A stretch of 64,000 nucleotides of DNA from Polyangium mundeleinium (GCF_028369105.1 NZ_JAQNDO010000001.1:1715711-1779710), one strand, 5' to 3'; shown: positions 9,301-18,677, counted from the stretch's first letter. The notes: generated by a model from the sequence alone, not told the origin. Translations and numbers: made by a program.

Positions 9301-10316
9301 CGTACGCCGCGGCCGCGGGGATGACGGATCGGAAGGGGAACAAGGGCACGACGTGGGTGGACGGGACGCCGCAGGCGCAGCACACGGTGTTCACGTTGTT
9401 CGCCGACGGGCTCCACGGAATGGATCTGCGCTTCGACAACGCGTGTGGCTGCTCCGGGAAGACGGGGCAGGAGCTCTCCGATTGCCAGGCGGCGTACGAC
9501 ACGTGCAAGGCAGACGCGGAGCGGCGCAAGGGGCAATGGAAGCGGGCGCGCTCGCAGCTCGTGGATCAGTTCCTCGCCGTGGAGGGCGAGGGCGCGGCGG
9601 CGAAGTTCGCGAACCCGGCGATCCCGCGGGCGCTCTCGACGACGCTGCGCGTGTTCCGCGAGCAGGTGAACGCGCATTGCCCGGATCGCGAGAATGGGAC
9701 GCCGTGTACCTGGGCGAAAGACGAACTCGGCAAATCGCTCGCCGACGGGCTCGATAGCCCGATGGTGGCCGCGCTCGTGGACCTCTTGGAGAAGATCCGG
9801 CAGGACGAGACGGCGCGGCGTGAGCTCGAACGGCTGCTCGATCATCTCCTGTCGTCCGCGAGCGACGGGCAGGCGCTCGAAGCGACGCTCTCGTCACTCG
9901 CGGACGCCTTGCAAGCGCTGCTCGCCGATACCGAGATCGCGCCGCTCCTCAATGCGGCGGCCCCGGGCGCGCGGCCCGAGGACGAGGCGGGGAACAAGGG
10001 CGCATTGCCGGCGGCGCTGCAGCTCCTGAAGGCGCTCAATTCGGACGTGTACGACAAGTACCACGTGATGGATTACATCCTGCCGAACCTCGTGACGCCG
10101 ATGGATCCGGTGAACGGCGTGGCGAGGCTCTCGCCGCTGGAAATCATCATGGATACGGTGGCCGAGGTGAGCCGCATCGACGCGGCGGCGAACCCGGGGC
10201 CGCTCGCGCCCACCGATTACGAGACGATCTTCGGCTCCGCGCGTGATTTCCTGACGAGCCCGACCCGCGGCCTCGAGCAGATCTACACCATCGTCCAGAA
10301 GCGGCCGCGTCAATGA
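6372..10316 (+). CDS. Large (1314 aa) secreted Cys-rich lipoprotein of unknown function, carrying a thrombospondin-type-3-like calcium-binding motif.
   Basis: Signal peptide and lipobox (VAAAAS|CHEG) are present. The motif FADTDGDGFADTDEFGQ has the DxDxDGxxD shape. Many paired Cys are visible (CPQTQIETRKC, CGCSGKTGQELSDCQAAYDTC). Composition is non-biased over 4 kb. Confidence 0.8.
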   Translation: MRARLTRSPVLRRVLRSFGLVATVAAAASCHEGIDTTRIAPPKATLGDDLYGVLCDRIGASSLTEDLTGGSYHAICHYSNQGIYADTVDTSFLPPARGAEQETARALGIAKVEAMAKRRSDLVQAFNAIFPDIEIDDVTTEAEGDKVRLHDALLSFSQNLSRLYESNPFEPQGTPTVPASTRALGEVFASFMQSEPARQAFSKIWGRQGYRPTGAALGAVRPLLSYPRLRPLLGSALDVLAPEGVMAPELAQILRVVERDLATSKPTLAPLVPLVVDPATAQPNRPMETLEMLSRILLDQDARYAKDEAAEPTWIARRDRRGFVVPFGNVPGQAGTVPAPFADTDGDGFADTDEFGQFVTDINVPVAALAPFSPQGTPGTDAYGRAEPQMYEYVDTSRTLIGAVAQDLAPLVDATQYAPSAGDDAWKDERETLMYAVAGATMLLGDREDAVYDLETEEVKPAGTACASCVPYRRFKADTSPLPDLAHALGQILADPESDALVLGLIDLVENHEQELSRLLGAALKIRKIAEGHDVLAAQGKEKLAEIPYEAPIWDEIAAVMGRVTQRPGLTAKLIGSFADPAFVTPTGGVSHMGESLMRLMTTRDEMTYYDDDLNGPAWNVTTNNTLDPSTPVDRTKPLAGENRSCWERTLDIIHHANNVKACNKQGAKVKAALGSLTVSWPLIGSYDECELLAFPNLGVFYLDSVLPANHPKRAEFKIKSGTLEGILNFLGAFTDKGALFEQSSGITGLTLKPEPKALNRLVFFGATSDQFSVLPDIDLYILGGNAKNKKTNDFISNLIEPVPTVVCPQTQIETRKCQTSADILRLRGENTLFVLERFGFYDYLRPLVTTFANATCTDAGQCQQQNGEFVADGEVMLLDLIEILKRHWPGPDHGAECDSSGDAKTNPLYCSGAGVNTYEPILADAFMTDIVPALHEFSKAMRDVSKITVARGPNAGKVLTGADVLEKTAQLLFDPAYAAAAGMTDRKGNKGTTWVDGTPQAQHTVFTLFADGLHGMDLRFDNACGCSGKTGQELSDCQAAYDTCKADAERRKGQWKRARSQLVDQFLAVEGEGAAAKFANPAIPRALSTTLRVFREQVNAHCPDRENGTPCTWAKDELGKSLADGLDSPMVAALVDLLEKIRQDETARRELERLLDHLLSSASDGQALEATLSSLADALQALLADTEIAPLLNAAAPGARPEDEAGNKGALPAALQLLKALNSDVYDKYHVMDYILPNLVTPMDPVNGVARLSPLEIIMDTVAEVSRIDAAANPGPLAPTDYETIFGSARDFLTSPTRGLEQIYTIVQKRPRQ

Positions 10317-11815
10317 CCAGAAACACCTCCCCGCGGAAGCGCGCCCTCGCCTTGGGCGCGCTCGCCGCCGTTTCTCTCGGGCTCTTCTCCGAATCCGCCG
10401 GCGCAGCGGGCCTCTATCTGTCCGAGCGTGGCGTGCGCCCGCTCGGTCGGGGCGGGGCGTTCGTCGCGGGCGCCGACGATCTCGGGTCCGTCGTCTACAA
10501 CCCCGCGGGGCTTTACGACGCCGGGATGAGCGTGCTCTTCGACGCGAGTTACGTTCATTTTTCGAGCGAATACACGCGCCGCACGATCGTCCGGCAGACG
10601 GATCCGAACACGGGCGCGACCGTGAACGAGCGCGTGCAGACGTTCGATCCGGTCCGGGGGAGCGCGCCGTTTCTGCCGATCCCGACGCTCGGGTTTTCGT
10701 TTGTCCCGCACGATCAATGGGTCGTAGGCGTCGGGCTTTGGGCACCGTACGTGGGCGTCGCGACGTATCCCGAGACGTTGAACGGGCAGCCCGCGCCGCA
10801 GCGGTATTCGCTGCTCTCGCTGGAAGGCTCGATCCTCGCCGTGGGCGGCGCGTACGCGGCCTATGCGCCGACGCCGAATCTGCGGATCGGCGCGGGGGTT
10901 GAGGTGCTCGCGGGGACGTTCCGCAGCACGGTGGTCTTTTCGGGGTGCGTGCCGGACCGGTTCTTCTGCGCGCCGGAGCAGCCTTCGTGGGACGTGCTCG
11001 CGGAGCTCGCCGTCGGGCCGATCGTGGCGCCGTCGGCGAACGCGGGCGTGATTTACATCCCGCACCCGAAGGTGCGGGTGGGTTTGTCGGGGCATTTGCC
11101 GTTCTGGGTGCGGTCGAGCGGGACGATCCGGACGCGGCTCCCGTCGGCGGCGCCGTTCGCGACGGCGCGGCAGGAAGGCGAGGACGCGGACGTGGCCTTC
11201 GAGCTGCCGTGGAACGTGCGGCTCGGCGTGGAGGCGCGGCCAAGCGACAAGCTCCGGGCCGAGCTCGCGGTGGCCTACGAGGATTGGGGCGTGCACGATA
11301 GCATTCGCGTGAATCCGAACGGGGTCGCGCTGAAGAACGTGGTGGGGTTTCCCGAGACGTACCTCTTGCCGCCCGTGAACCTGCCGCGCAATTTCCGGGG
11401 CGCGTTCTCGGCGCAGGTCGGCGGCGAATACGCGATTCCCGTGGGGAAGATGCAGCTCGACGTGCGGGCGGGGCTCCGCTTCGAGACGAGCGCGGTGCCG
11501 AACGAGTACGTCTCGGTGCTGACGATCGATTCGAACAAGCTGACGCCTTCGGTTGGCGCGGGGCTCCACGTCGGGCCCTTCCGGTTCGACCTCGTGGTGG
11601 CGCACGCGATCATGTTCTCGCAGGACGTCGATCCACGGGAAGCGAAGATCCCGCAGGTGAGCCCGCTCGTGGCGAACCCCGCGCCGCAGCCGAACATCAT
11701 CAACGGCGGGACGTATTCGGCGAGCGCGACGATCGTGGGCCTCGGCGCGATGTACACGTTCGGGAAGGCGGCGCCGGCGAAGCCGAAGCCCGAGCCGGCG
11801 GGGAGCGGGACGTAG
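10313..11815 (+). CDS. FadL/TodX (OMPP1) family outer-membrane hydrophobic-compound transport barrel.
   Basis: After a signal peptide the N-terminal block reads AGLYLSERGVRPLGRGGAFVAGADDLGSVVYNPAGL, matching the FadL N-terminal hatch consensus. Alternating beta-strand patterns follow and the C-terminus ends in an aromatic residue. The ATG overlaps the stop of the upstream lipoprotein (ATGA). Confidence 0.8.
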   Translation: MTRNTSPRKRALALGALAAVSLGLFSESAGAAGLYLSERGVRPLGRGGAFVAGADDLGSVVYNPAGLYDAGMSVLFDASYVHFSSEYTRRTIVRQTDPNTGATVNERVQTFDPVRGSAPFLPIPTLGFSFVPHDQWVVGVGLWAPYVGVATYPETLNGQPAPQRYSLLSLEGSILAVGGAYAAYAPTPNLRIGAGVEVLAGTFRSTVVFSGCVPDRFFCAPEQPSWDVLAELAVGPIVAPSANAGVIYIPHPKVRVGLSGHLPFWVRSSGTIRTRLPSAAPFATARQEGEDADVAFELPWNVRLGVEARPSDKLRAELAVAYEDWGVHDSIRVNPNGVALKNVVGFPETYLLPPVNLPRNFRGAFSAQVGGEYAIPVGKMQLDVRAGLRFETSAVPNEYVSVLTIDSNKLTPSVGAGLHVGPFRFDLVVAHAIMFSQDVDPREAKIPQVSPLVANPAPQPNIINGGTYSASATIVGLGAMYTFGKAAPAKPKPEPAGSGT

Positions 11816-11833
11816 GCGCCGTACGCGCGTCCG

Positions 11834-12028
11834 TCATCGCGCCCCGCTTCCGCTGACCTTCTCCGCGACCTTCTCCAGCCGTTCGAGCGACCTGCGCAGG
11901 TCATCCCGGTACGCGTGATCGTCCGTGTGGACGAGTTCGTTTCGCATCTCCCGCAGCCGGATGTCGAGCGCGATCCTGAGCTCCCTTGCTTCTTCGTCCG
12001 CGATCTCGAGGTTCATGCTCGAAGGCAT
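11834..12028 (-). CDS. Small (64 aa) hypothetical coiled-coil protein.
   Basis: This is the unbiased C-terminal piece of the artefactual 1071-aa minus ORF: MPSSMNLEIADEEARELRIALDIRLREMRNELVHTDDHAYRDDLRRSLERLEKVAEKV. I have no homology call for it. Confidence 0.3.
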   Translation of the reverse strand: MPSSMNLEIADEEARELRIALDIRLREMRNELVHTDDHAYRDDLRRSLERLEKVAEKVSGSGAR

Positions 12029-12109
12029 GGAGCCCGCGCTCTCCGGCGAAAAGCGGGGCGCGCGCCGGGGCCGTGACGTCGGCGTGCGTGCGTGCTGAGA
12101 TGGCGCCGC

Positions 12110-13501
12110 ATGAGCGGGCGCGAGGACGAGGACGAGTTCGACGACAAGGTGGAGACGGAGCTCGTGCGCAGGCCCGACCGCGCGGCCTCGCCCGGGTTTT
12201 CGCTCGTGGTCGTCGCCGGCGCGAGCCGCGGACAGACGTTCACGATCGCGCCCGGTCACCCGTCGCGCGTGCTCGTCGGGCAGAGCCCGATGTGTGATCT
12301 CCGCGTCGACGATCGGCTGGTGTCGCGCAGGCACGCGGCCTTCGAGATCCTGCGCGGCAAGCTCCGCGTGACGGACCTCGAGTCGACGAACGGTACGTCG
12401 GTGCAAGGCGTGGCCGTCCTCGGCGCGCTGCTCACGGGTGGCGAGATCGTCACGATGGGCGAGACGCAGATCCGCATCGACAGGCTCGCCGATCAGGCGC
12501 CCGCGGCGATCCCGTCGGCCGTGCGGTTCGGCGCGATGTTCGGCGCGAGCCCGGAGATGCGCGCGCTGTATCCGCTCTGCGAGCGGCTCGCGAGCGCGGC
12601 CGTGCCCGTGCTCATCGAGGGCGAGACGGGCACGGGCAAGGAGGTGCTGGCCGAGTCGCTGCACGAGCTCGGGCCACGCAAGCAGGGGCCGTTCGTGGTG
12701 TTCGATTGCACGGCGGTCCCGCCGAACCTCGTCGAGTCCGCGCTCTTCGGGCACGAGCGCGGGGCGTTCACGGGCGCGACCGAGTCCCGCAAGGGCGTGT
12801 TCGAAGAGGCGCACGGCGGCACGCTTTTGCTCGACGAGATCGGCGATCTGGAGCTGCCGTTGCAGGCGAAGCTGCTTCGCGCGCTCGAGCGCTCGGAGGT
12901 GCAGCGCGTCGGATCGAACCGGTGGGTTCGCGTGGACGTGCGGATCCTGGCGGCGACGCGGCGCGACCTCGATCACGAGATCCAGGCGGGGAGGTTCCGC
13001 GACGATCTGTTTTACCGGCTCGCGGTGGCGCGGATCGAGCTGCCGCCGCTGCGGAGGCGATCGGGGGACGTGGTCGTCCTGGCGCAACACTTCTGGCGTC
13101 AACTGGCCGGCAAGGACACGCCGTTCCCGCCCGATTTCGCGCGGCGGATCGCGGACTACGCGTGGCCGGGCAACGTGCGCGAGCTCTACAACGCCGTCGC
13201 GCGTCGCGTGGCCCTCGGCGAGCTCGCGCCGATCGCGACGCTCCGGCCGAACACGCCGCGCGCGTCGGGCGTGCCGCGGCCGAGCACGCCGCCGAAGCCC
13301 GCGCCGGCGGATTTCACCGAGGAGATCCTCGCGCTCGATTTGCCTTTGCCGCGGGCGCGGGAGCGCGTGGTCGAGGAGTTCGAGCGGCGGTACGTGCAGC
13401 GGGTGCTCACGGCGCACGGCGGCAACGTGGGCGCAGCCGCGGCGGCGTCGGGGATTGCAAGGCGCTACTTTCAGCTCATCAAGGCGCGCCACAAGGGGTA
13501 G
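12110..13501 (+). CDS. Sigma54-dependent transcriptional activator with an N-terminal FHA domain (FHA - AAA+ - HTH).
   Basis: The FHA-like N-terminus (PSRVLVGQSPMCDLRVDDRLVSRRHAAF) is followed by Walker A (GETGTGKE), the GAFTGA sigma54-contact motif (ERGAFTGA) and a C-terminal Fis-type HTH. The start is MSGRED. Confidence 0.85.
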   Translation: MSGREDEDEFDDKVETELVRRPDRAASPGFSLVVVAGASRGQTFTIAPGHPSRVLVGQSPMCDLRVDDRLVSRRHAAFEILRGKLRVTDLESTNGTSVQGVAVLGALLTGGEIVTMGETQIRIDRLADQAPAAIPSAVRFGAMFGASPEMRALYPLCERLASAAVPVLIEGETGTGKEVLAESLHELGPRKQGPFVVFDCTAVPPNLVESALFGHERGAFTGATESRKGVFEEAHGGTLLLDEIGDLELPLQAKLLRALERSEVQRVGSNRWVRVDVRILAATRRDLDHEIQAGRFRDDLFYRLAVARIELPPLRRRSGDVVVLAQHFWRQLAGKDTPFPPDFARRIADYAWPGNVRELYNAVARRVALGELAPIATLRPNTPRASGVPRPSTPPKPAPADFTEEILALDLPLPRARERVVEEFERRYVQRVLTAHGGNVGAAAAASGIARRYFQLIKARHKG

Positions 13502-13513
13502 TCTCGGGGCTGA

Positions 13514-15019
13514 ATGGAAGGCGAACGCGGCGCGCCCCGGGTGCTCGTGCTGGGCCGTTATCGCGTGCACGACGAGATCGCGGCGGGCGGCATGGCCACG
13601 GTCCACCTCGGGCGGCTCGTCGGGGACGAGGGTTTTTTGCGGACGGTGGCGATCAAGCGCCTCCATCCCTGGCACGCGCGGATCGCCGAGGTCGTCGCGA
13701 TGTTCACGGACGAGGCGCGGATCGCCGCGCGGATCCGGCACCCGAACGTGGTGGGCACGCTCGACGTCGTGTCGCAGGAAGGCGAGGTCTTCCTGGTGAT
13801 GGAGTACGTGCACGGCGAGCCGCTGTCGCGGCTCATCAGCGCGGCGAGCAAGCGCAAGCAGAAGATCCCGCCGTCGATCGTGGCCGCGGTGCTCGCGAAC
13901 GCGCTGCGGGGGCTCCACGCGGCGCACGAGGCGAGGGACGCGCGGGGCGAGCCGCTCGGCGTGGTGCACCGCGACGTGTCGCCGCAGAACGTGCTCGTCG
14001 GCGCGGACGGCGTTGCGCGTGTGCTCGACTTTGGCATTGCGCGCGCGGCCGGGCGGGCGCACGTGACGAGCGACCATACGATCAAGGGAAAACTCGCGTA
14101 CATGTCGCCCGAGCAGCTCCGCGGGGAGGTGCTCGATCGGCGGGCGGACGTGTATGCGGCGGGCGTCGTGTTGTGGGAGACGCTCACGTGTCGGCGGCTT
14201 TATGCGGGCGCGTCGGAGGACCTCGCGCTCGTGCGCCTGCTCGAAGCCGAGGTCGAGCCGCCGAGCAAACGCGTGGCCGCGCTGCCCGCTTGTTTCGACG
14301 AGGTCACGTTGCGCGCGCTCCGGCGCGACGCGGACGCGCGTTTTCCCACGGCGCTCGAAATGGCGATGGCGCTCGAAGCGTGCGGGCCGCTGGCGACGCC
14401 GTCGGAGATCGCCGCGTGGGTCGAGGAAATGGCGGGGGATACGCTCGCCGAGCGCGCGCAGTTGATCCTGGCGATCGAGAGCGAGGAGCGCCGCTCGTTG
14501 CGGCCCATGCTTTCGAGCCCGTCCGCGCCGAGCCCCGAGGAGGCGACGTTGCTCCACGTGCAGCCGTCCCGAGAGGAGCCCCCGGCGGCGACGGTGGTGG
14601 CTTTGACGGCGAAAACGGAGGTGCCAAGTGCGGCGCCGATGCATGTGCCGGAGCGACGCGTGACGCCGGTGGTGCTCGGGCTCGTCGGGCTCGTTGGGCT
14701 CCTCGTGGTGGTGTTGATCGTCATTCTGCTCCGGGGTGTGCCGGCGAGCACCGCGTCCGCGCAGAGCGCGCCTTCGATCGCCATGAGCGTCGCCACGCCC
14801 GAATCCGTGGTCACGAGCGCGCCCTCCGCTGCGGCCGCGCCGGCGCCTTCCGCGACGAGCGTCGTTTCGGCGGCGCCGCCGAGCGTTTCGCCCAGCGGGA
14901 CCGCGTCGCCGCGCCCGACGACGCCGCGGGCGAAACCTGCCGCCGCGAGCGCCGGCTGCGATCCACCCTTCTTCATCGACGCGTCCGGTCGAAAAAAGTA
15001 CAAACGGCATTGCCTTTGA
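13514..15019 (+). CDS. Hanks-type Ser/Thr protein kinase with a TM helix and a Ser/Ala/Pro-rich extracytoplasmic tail.
   Basis: The catalytic motifs are intact: VAIKRL, HRDVSPQNVLV, LDFGIAR, YMSPEQ. A TM helix (VVLGLVGLVGLLVVVLIVILL) follows. It lies immediately downstream of the FHA-sigma54 activator. Confidence 0.9.
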   Translation: MEGERGAPRVLVLGRYRVHDEIAAGGMATVHLGRLVGDEGFLRTVAIKRLHPWHARIAEVVAMFTDEARIAARIRHPNVVGTLDVVSQEGEVFLVMEYVHGEPLSRLISAASKRKQKIPPSIVAAVLANALRGLHAAHEARDARGEPLGVVHRDVSPQNVLVGADGVARVLDFGIARAAGRAHVTSDHTIKGKLAYMSPEQLRGEVLDRRADVYAAGVVLWETLTCRRLYAGASEDLALVRLLEAEVEPPSKRVAALPACFDEVTLRALRRDADARFPTALEMAMALEACGPLATPSEIAAWVEEMAGDTLAERAQLILAIESEERRSLRPMLSSPSAPSPEEATLLHVQPSREEPPAATVVALTAKTEVPSAAPMHVPERRVTPVVLGLVGLVGLLVVVLIVILLRGVPASTASAQSAPSIAMSVATPESVVTSAPSAAAAPAPSATSVVSAAPPSVSPSGTASPRPTTPRAKPAAASAGCDPPFFIDASGRKKYKRHCL

Positions 15020-15456
15020 TGGCCGGACGTTCGTCGAGACAGACCCCATGCAACGAGCAGGCGCCTCGTCGCTCGCGGGGGCTGTACGCGGCGCTCGTGC
15101 TCGTGACGATCGGGCTCGGGCTCTTGTCGCGGAAGATTCCGGGCCTGCCGGCGTGGCTATCGAAGGGAGCGGGGGACGCGCTTTATGCCACGATGAGCTT
15201 CTGGCTCGTGGGGCTCTTCGTTCCCGCGTGCCGGACGGCTGCCGCGTCCGTCGTTGCGCTGCTCTTTTGTTACGCGATCGAGGCCAGTCAGCTTTATCAC
15301 GCGCCGTGGGTGGATGCGATCCGCGCGACGCGGCTCGGTGGGCTCGCGCTCGGATATGGATTCCATGTGATGGACCTCATTTATTATGCGGTCGGTGTGA
15401 GCGCCGGGGCCGGGATCGAGCGCGCGTGGAGGCTGCGGAGGGAGCGGCCGTCGTGA
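15019..15456 (+). CDS. DUF2809-like small polytopic membrane protein.
   Basis: This is the unbiased C-terminal segment of the 916-aa plus ORF: MAGRSSRQ...YAALVLVTIGLGLLSRKIPGLPAWLSKGAGDALYATMSFWLVGL.... The ATG overlaps the kinase stop (TGATG). Confidence 0.55.
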   Translation: MAGRSSRQTPCNEQAPRRSRGLYAALVLVTIGLGLLSRKIPGLPAWLSKGAGDALYATMSFWLVGLFVPACRTAAASVVALLFCYAIEASQLYHAPWVDAIRATRLGGLALGYGFHVMDLIYYAVGVSAGAGIERAWRLRRERPS

Positions 15457-15468
15457 TACGTTGTTGCA

Positions 15469-16470
15469 ATGCCAGACCTCTACGAAAGTCTCGCGGCAGT
15501 TTCCCAGAAGGATAAGCAGCGGCGGGAGCGTTGCCTCGCCTACGCGCGTGAGAACGCGGTGGGCCCGGTGGAGGGGCTCTTCGCGCAGGAAGGGATGGTG
15601 CGGCGAATTTGGCGGGAAGGGGCCATGCTGGCCGCCATTCCGCCGGCGGTGGTCCTGGAGGTGCTCCTGCCCGAGGTGGCCGAGGGCGTGGGGAGGTTCA
15701 GTGATTATCAAACGAAGCTGATGGCGAGGACGCGGCGGACGGTGTACGCGACCCACGCGCTCGTTTTCGGCGATCTGTCGATGTCGATCGAGGTGGGGGG
15801 GCGGATCTTTCAGCTCCACGAGCGGGTCCGTGGTTCGATTTCGGCGCGTTCGAGCGAGGGGCGGGCAGGCACGCGGTATCGCGCGAACGATCCGGCCGCC
15901 CTGCAATGGGTGTTCGCCACGCTGGTGCAGGGGGCGCTGATGACGTACGAGGCGGCCGTGGAGCCGCTCGATCGGGACGAGCGGGCGCGTTTTTACGAGG
16001 AGTCGAAGCGATGGGGCGCCGTGGTGGGTTTGCCCCCGGAGCAATTGCCGCCCGACTGGGAGAGCTTCGAGCGTTATTTCGAGGGGATGGTGGAGGGGGC
16101 GCTGGAGCTCGGGGACATGGCGCGGGATATCCTGCGGGTGCTTTTTGGTCCGCCGTACATGCGCGGGGTCGCGAGGCTCTGCGCGGGGCTCTTGCCAGAG
16201 CGGTGGCGGAGCGCGGTGGGTTTGCCCTGGGACGCAGACGCAAAACGGGCGTACGAGCTCGCGCTCGGCACACTTCGTGGAGCGAGGTTTTTGCCGCCGG
16301 CCTTGCGGTACGTGCCTGCGTGGCACCAGGCGGCGGCGCGAATCGAGGCGGCGCGGGGAGAAGGGGTTTCGAGGACGACGCGGATCGTGCAGGCGCTCGA
16401 CGCGCGCGGGTGGATCCCCGCGGGGCTCGCGCCGCCGGAAGAGGTGATGCGGAGGTGCCCGCGCGGTTAG
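15469..16470 (+). CDS. MpaB/DUF2236-family putative oxygenase.
   Basis: The 333-aa protein is unbiased and carries the conserved DUF2236 blocks (RANDPAALQWVFATLVQGALMTYE, FERYFEGMV). Confidence 0.55.
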   Translation: MPDLYESLAAVSQKDKQRRERCLAYARENAVGPVEGLFAQEGMVRRIWREGAMLAAIPPAVVLEVLLPEVAEGVGRFSDYQTKLMARTRRTVYATHALVFGDLSMSIEVGGRIFQLHERVRGSISARSSEGRAGTRYRANDPAALQWVFATLVQGALMTYEAAVEPLDRDERARFYEESKRWGAVVGLPPEQLPPDWESFERYFEGMVEGALELGDMARDILRVLFGPPYMRGVARLCAGLLPERWRSAVGLPWDADAKRAYELALGTLRGARFLPPALRYVPAWHQAAARIEAARGEGVSRTTRIVQALDARGWIPAGLAPPEEVMRRCPRG

Positions 16471-18647
16471 TCTTCGGCGATGGCCTGGAGGAACGTGCGG
16501 GCGGCCATCGGCCCGGACAAACGGTAGGCGGCGCGGCTCGGGCGCGGGCCGACGTGCATGGCGACGTGCGGGGGCGGAAGCGCGGCGAACATCTCCTCGT
16601 CGAGGAGGTCGTCGCCGAGCGCGACGAGGCGGGCGCCGGAGGGAGCGCCTTCGACGAGCGAAGCCACGAGCGCGCCGCTCCCCGCGCCCATGGGGCGAAT
16701 CTCGACGATTTTATCGCCGGGGAGGATCTCGACGGGCGTGTTTTTGAGCAGGTCGCCGAGGTGGAGCCGTAGCTCCTTGGCCTGGAGCACGCCGAACTCG
16801 GGGTCGGCCATGCGGTAATGGAAGGTGAGGGAGGCGCTCTTTTCTTCGAGCAAGGTGCCCGGGGTGCGGGCGACGAACTGGCGGAGCAGGGGCAGGAATT
16901 TCGCATTCCAATCGGAGGGGATGTCCGTGCGGGGGCGCCATTCTCGCGCCGAGGCGTCGCGCGTCCAGAAGCCGTGCTCGGCGGCGAGCGCGATGGGCAG
17001 GTCGCCGAGCCAGCGCTCGAGGACGTCGCGCGTCCGGCCGCTGACGACGTGGACGCGCGTGCCGGGGCGGCGCGCGAGGGCCGTGAGCAGGTGCCGGAGG
17101 TCCGCATCGGGCGCGGCGTCGTTGGGGGCGCGGGCGAACCGGACGAGGGTGCCGTCGTAATCGAGGAGCAAGGTGAGACGCGGCGCTTTGCGGAGGTCCG
17201 AGGTGAGGCTTTCGAGGGCCGCGGACGTGGTCGCGCCGAGCGAGCGCCCGCTCGACGCATCGGATTGCTCTTCGAGCGTGGAGAGGAAGCTCTGCGCCCA
17301 GTTGTGGACGTCGTCCTCGAGGACCCGCTGCCGGAGGTTTTGCATGCGCTGCCGCCGCTCGCCCTGAGGCATCGTGAGGGCTCGCTTGAGCGTGGCCGCG
17401 ACGCCGCCGATGTCGTACGGATTGACGAGCAAGGCGTCGGCGAGCTCCGAGGCGGCGCCGGCGAACTCGCTGAGGACGAGCACGCCGTCCTCGTCGGTGC
17501 GGGACGCGACGAACTCCTTGGCGACGAGGTTCATGCCGTCGCGCAAGGGCGTGACGAGCATGACGTCGGCCGCGCGATACAGGGCGGCGAGCTGGCGCTC
17601 GTTGAACGAGCGATACATGGAGTGAATCGGCACGGAATGCACCGTGGCGTAGGCGCCGTTGATGCGGCCCACGAGCTCGTCGACCCGGCTGCGGAATCCC
17701 TGGTAGGCCTCGACGTTGGTGCGCGAGGGGACGGTGACCTGGACGAGGCGGACCTTGCCGCGGAGCGAGGGTTCGCGTTCGAGGAGGCGCTCGACGGCGA
17801 GGAGGCGGCGCGGGATGCCTTTCGTGTAATCGAGGCGGTCGATGCCGAGCAGGATGCGCTGGCCGGGCTGGCGGAAGGTTTGCGCCTCGGCGGTGACCTC
17901 GGGCGAGCCGGCGAGCGCGGAGAGCGCGGCGGCGTCGATGCCCATGGGGAAGGCGCCGAGCCGGACTTCGCGTCCTTCCGTGAAGACACGATCGACGTTG
18001 GCTTCGAGGCCGAGCACGTGGAGGAGCGACGACGCGAAATGGCGCAGGTACGAGAGCGTATGAAACCCGAGGAGGTCGGCGCCGAGCAGGCCTTCGAGGA
18101 TCTGCGTGCGCCAGGGGAGGATGCGAAAGACCTCGGCGGAGGGGAAGGGGATGTGGAGGAAAAACCCGATCCGCGCGTTCGGAATTTTCTTTCGCAGGAG
18201 GCCGGGGACGAGCATGAGCTGATAGTCGTGGATCCAGACGAGGTCGCCTTCGCGGTGGTGCGCGGCGATGAGGTCGGCGAATCGCTCGTTCACGCGGCGG
18301 TAGCTCTCCCAGTCGCGCTCGCCGATGGGGACCTGGTCGAGCAGGTAATGGAAGAGGGGCCAGAGGACGCCATTGGAGAATCCCTCGTAAAACCTGGAGA
18401 CCTCGCCCGGGGAGAGGTGGAGCGGGACGTACCGGAGATCTTCGAGGCGCGCTTCGAGGGCGGCGCGCTGTTCGGGCGGGAGGCGCGAGACGTCGCCGGG
18501 ATAGCCGAGCCAGAGGCCTCCCGAGCGCTCGTGGGGCCCCTTCATGCCGGTCGCGAGGCCTCCGGCGCTCCGGGTGACGTGGACCTCGCCATGCTCGACC
18601 TTCACGGTGACGGGCAGGCGGTTCGAAACGAGGAGCAGGCGAGCCAT
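16467..18647 (-). CDS. otsA: Bifunctional trehalose-6-phosphate synthase / trehalose-6-phosphate phosphatase (OtsA-OtsB fusion).
   Basis: The GT20 synthase blocks are present ([40 protein letters not shown]). A C-terminal HAD phosphatase domain follows ([10 protein letters not shown]...). The start is [12 protein letters not shown], computed from the track ORF. Confidence 0.85.
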   Translation of the reverse strand: MARLLLVSNRLPVTVKVEHGEVHVTRSAGGLATGMKGPHERSGGLWLGYPGDVSRLPPEQRAALEARLEDLRYVPLHLSPGEVSRFYEGFSNGVLWPLFHYLLDQVPIGERDWESYRRVNERFADLIAAHHREGDLVWIHDYQLMLVPGLLRKKIPNARIGFFLHIPFPSAEVFRILPWRTQILEGLLGADLLGFHTLSYLRHFASSLLHVLGLEANVDRVFTEGREVRLGAFPMGIDAAALSALAGSPEVTAEAQTFRQPGQRILLGIDRLDYTKGIPRRLLAVERLLEREPSLRGKVRLVQVTVPSRTNVEAYQGFRSRVDELVGRINGAYATVHSVPIHSMYRSFNERQLAALYRAADVMLVTPLRDGMNLVAKEFVASRTDEDGVLVLSEFAGAASELADALLVNPYDIGGVAATLKRALTMPQGERRQRMQNLRQRVLEDDVHNWAQSFLSTLEEQSDASSGRSLGATTSAALESLTSDLRKAPRLTLLLDYDGTLVRFARAPNDAAPDADLRHLLTALARRPGTRVHVVSGRTRDVLERWLGDLPIALAAEHGFWTRDASAREWRPRTDIPSDWNAKFLPLLRQFVARTPGTLLEEKSASLTFHYRMADPEFGVLQAKELRLHLGDLLKNTPVEILPGDKIVEIRPMGAGSGALVASLVEGAPSGARLVALGDDLLDEEMFAALPPPHVAMHVGPRPSRAAYRLSGPMAARTFLQAIAED

Positions 18648-18677
18648 GGCGGGGGAGGGTGGCACCGACAGAAAGTT

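Noticed and set aside
5346-9845. A 1499-aa minus-strand ORF.
   Set aside because: Only the last 305 aa (5346-6263) read as a real thioesterase. The rest is Arg-rich antisense of the 1314-aa plus-strand lipoprotein gene, the usual high-GC artefact.
11834-15049. A 1071-aa minus-strand ORF, and the 916-aa plus ORF 12706..15456.
   Set aside because: Both are Arg/Gly/Ala-biased alternate frames across the FHA-sigma54 and kinase genes. Only their unbiased terminal pieces are kept, as the small ORF at 11834-12028 and the DUF2809 gene at 15019-15456.
18655-18675. The TGGCAC hexamer suggested a sigma54 promoter upstream of otsA.
   Set aside because: No TTGC lies at the required +12 spacing on either strand.
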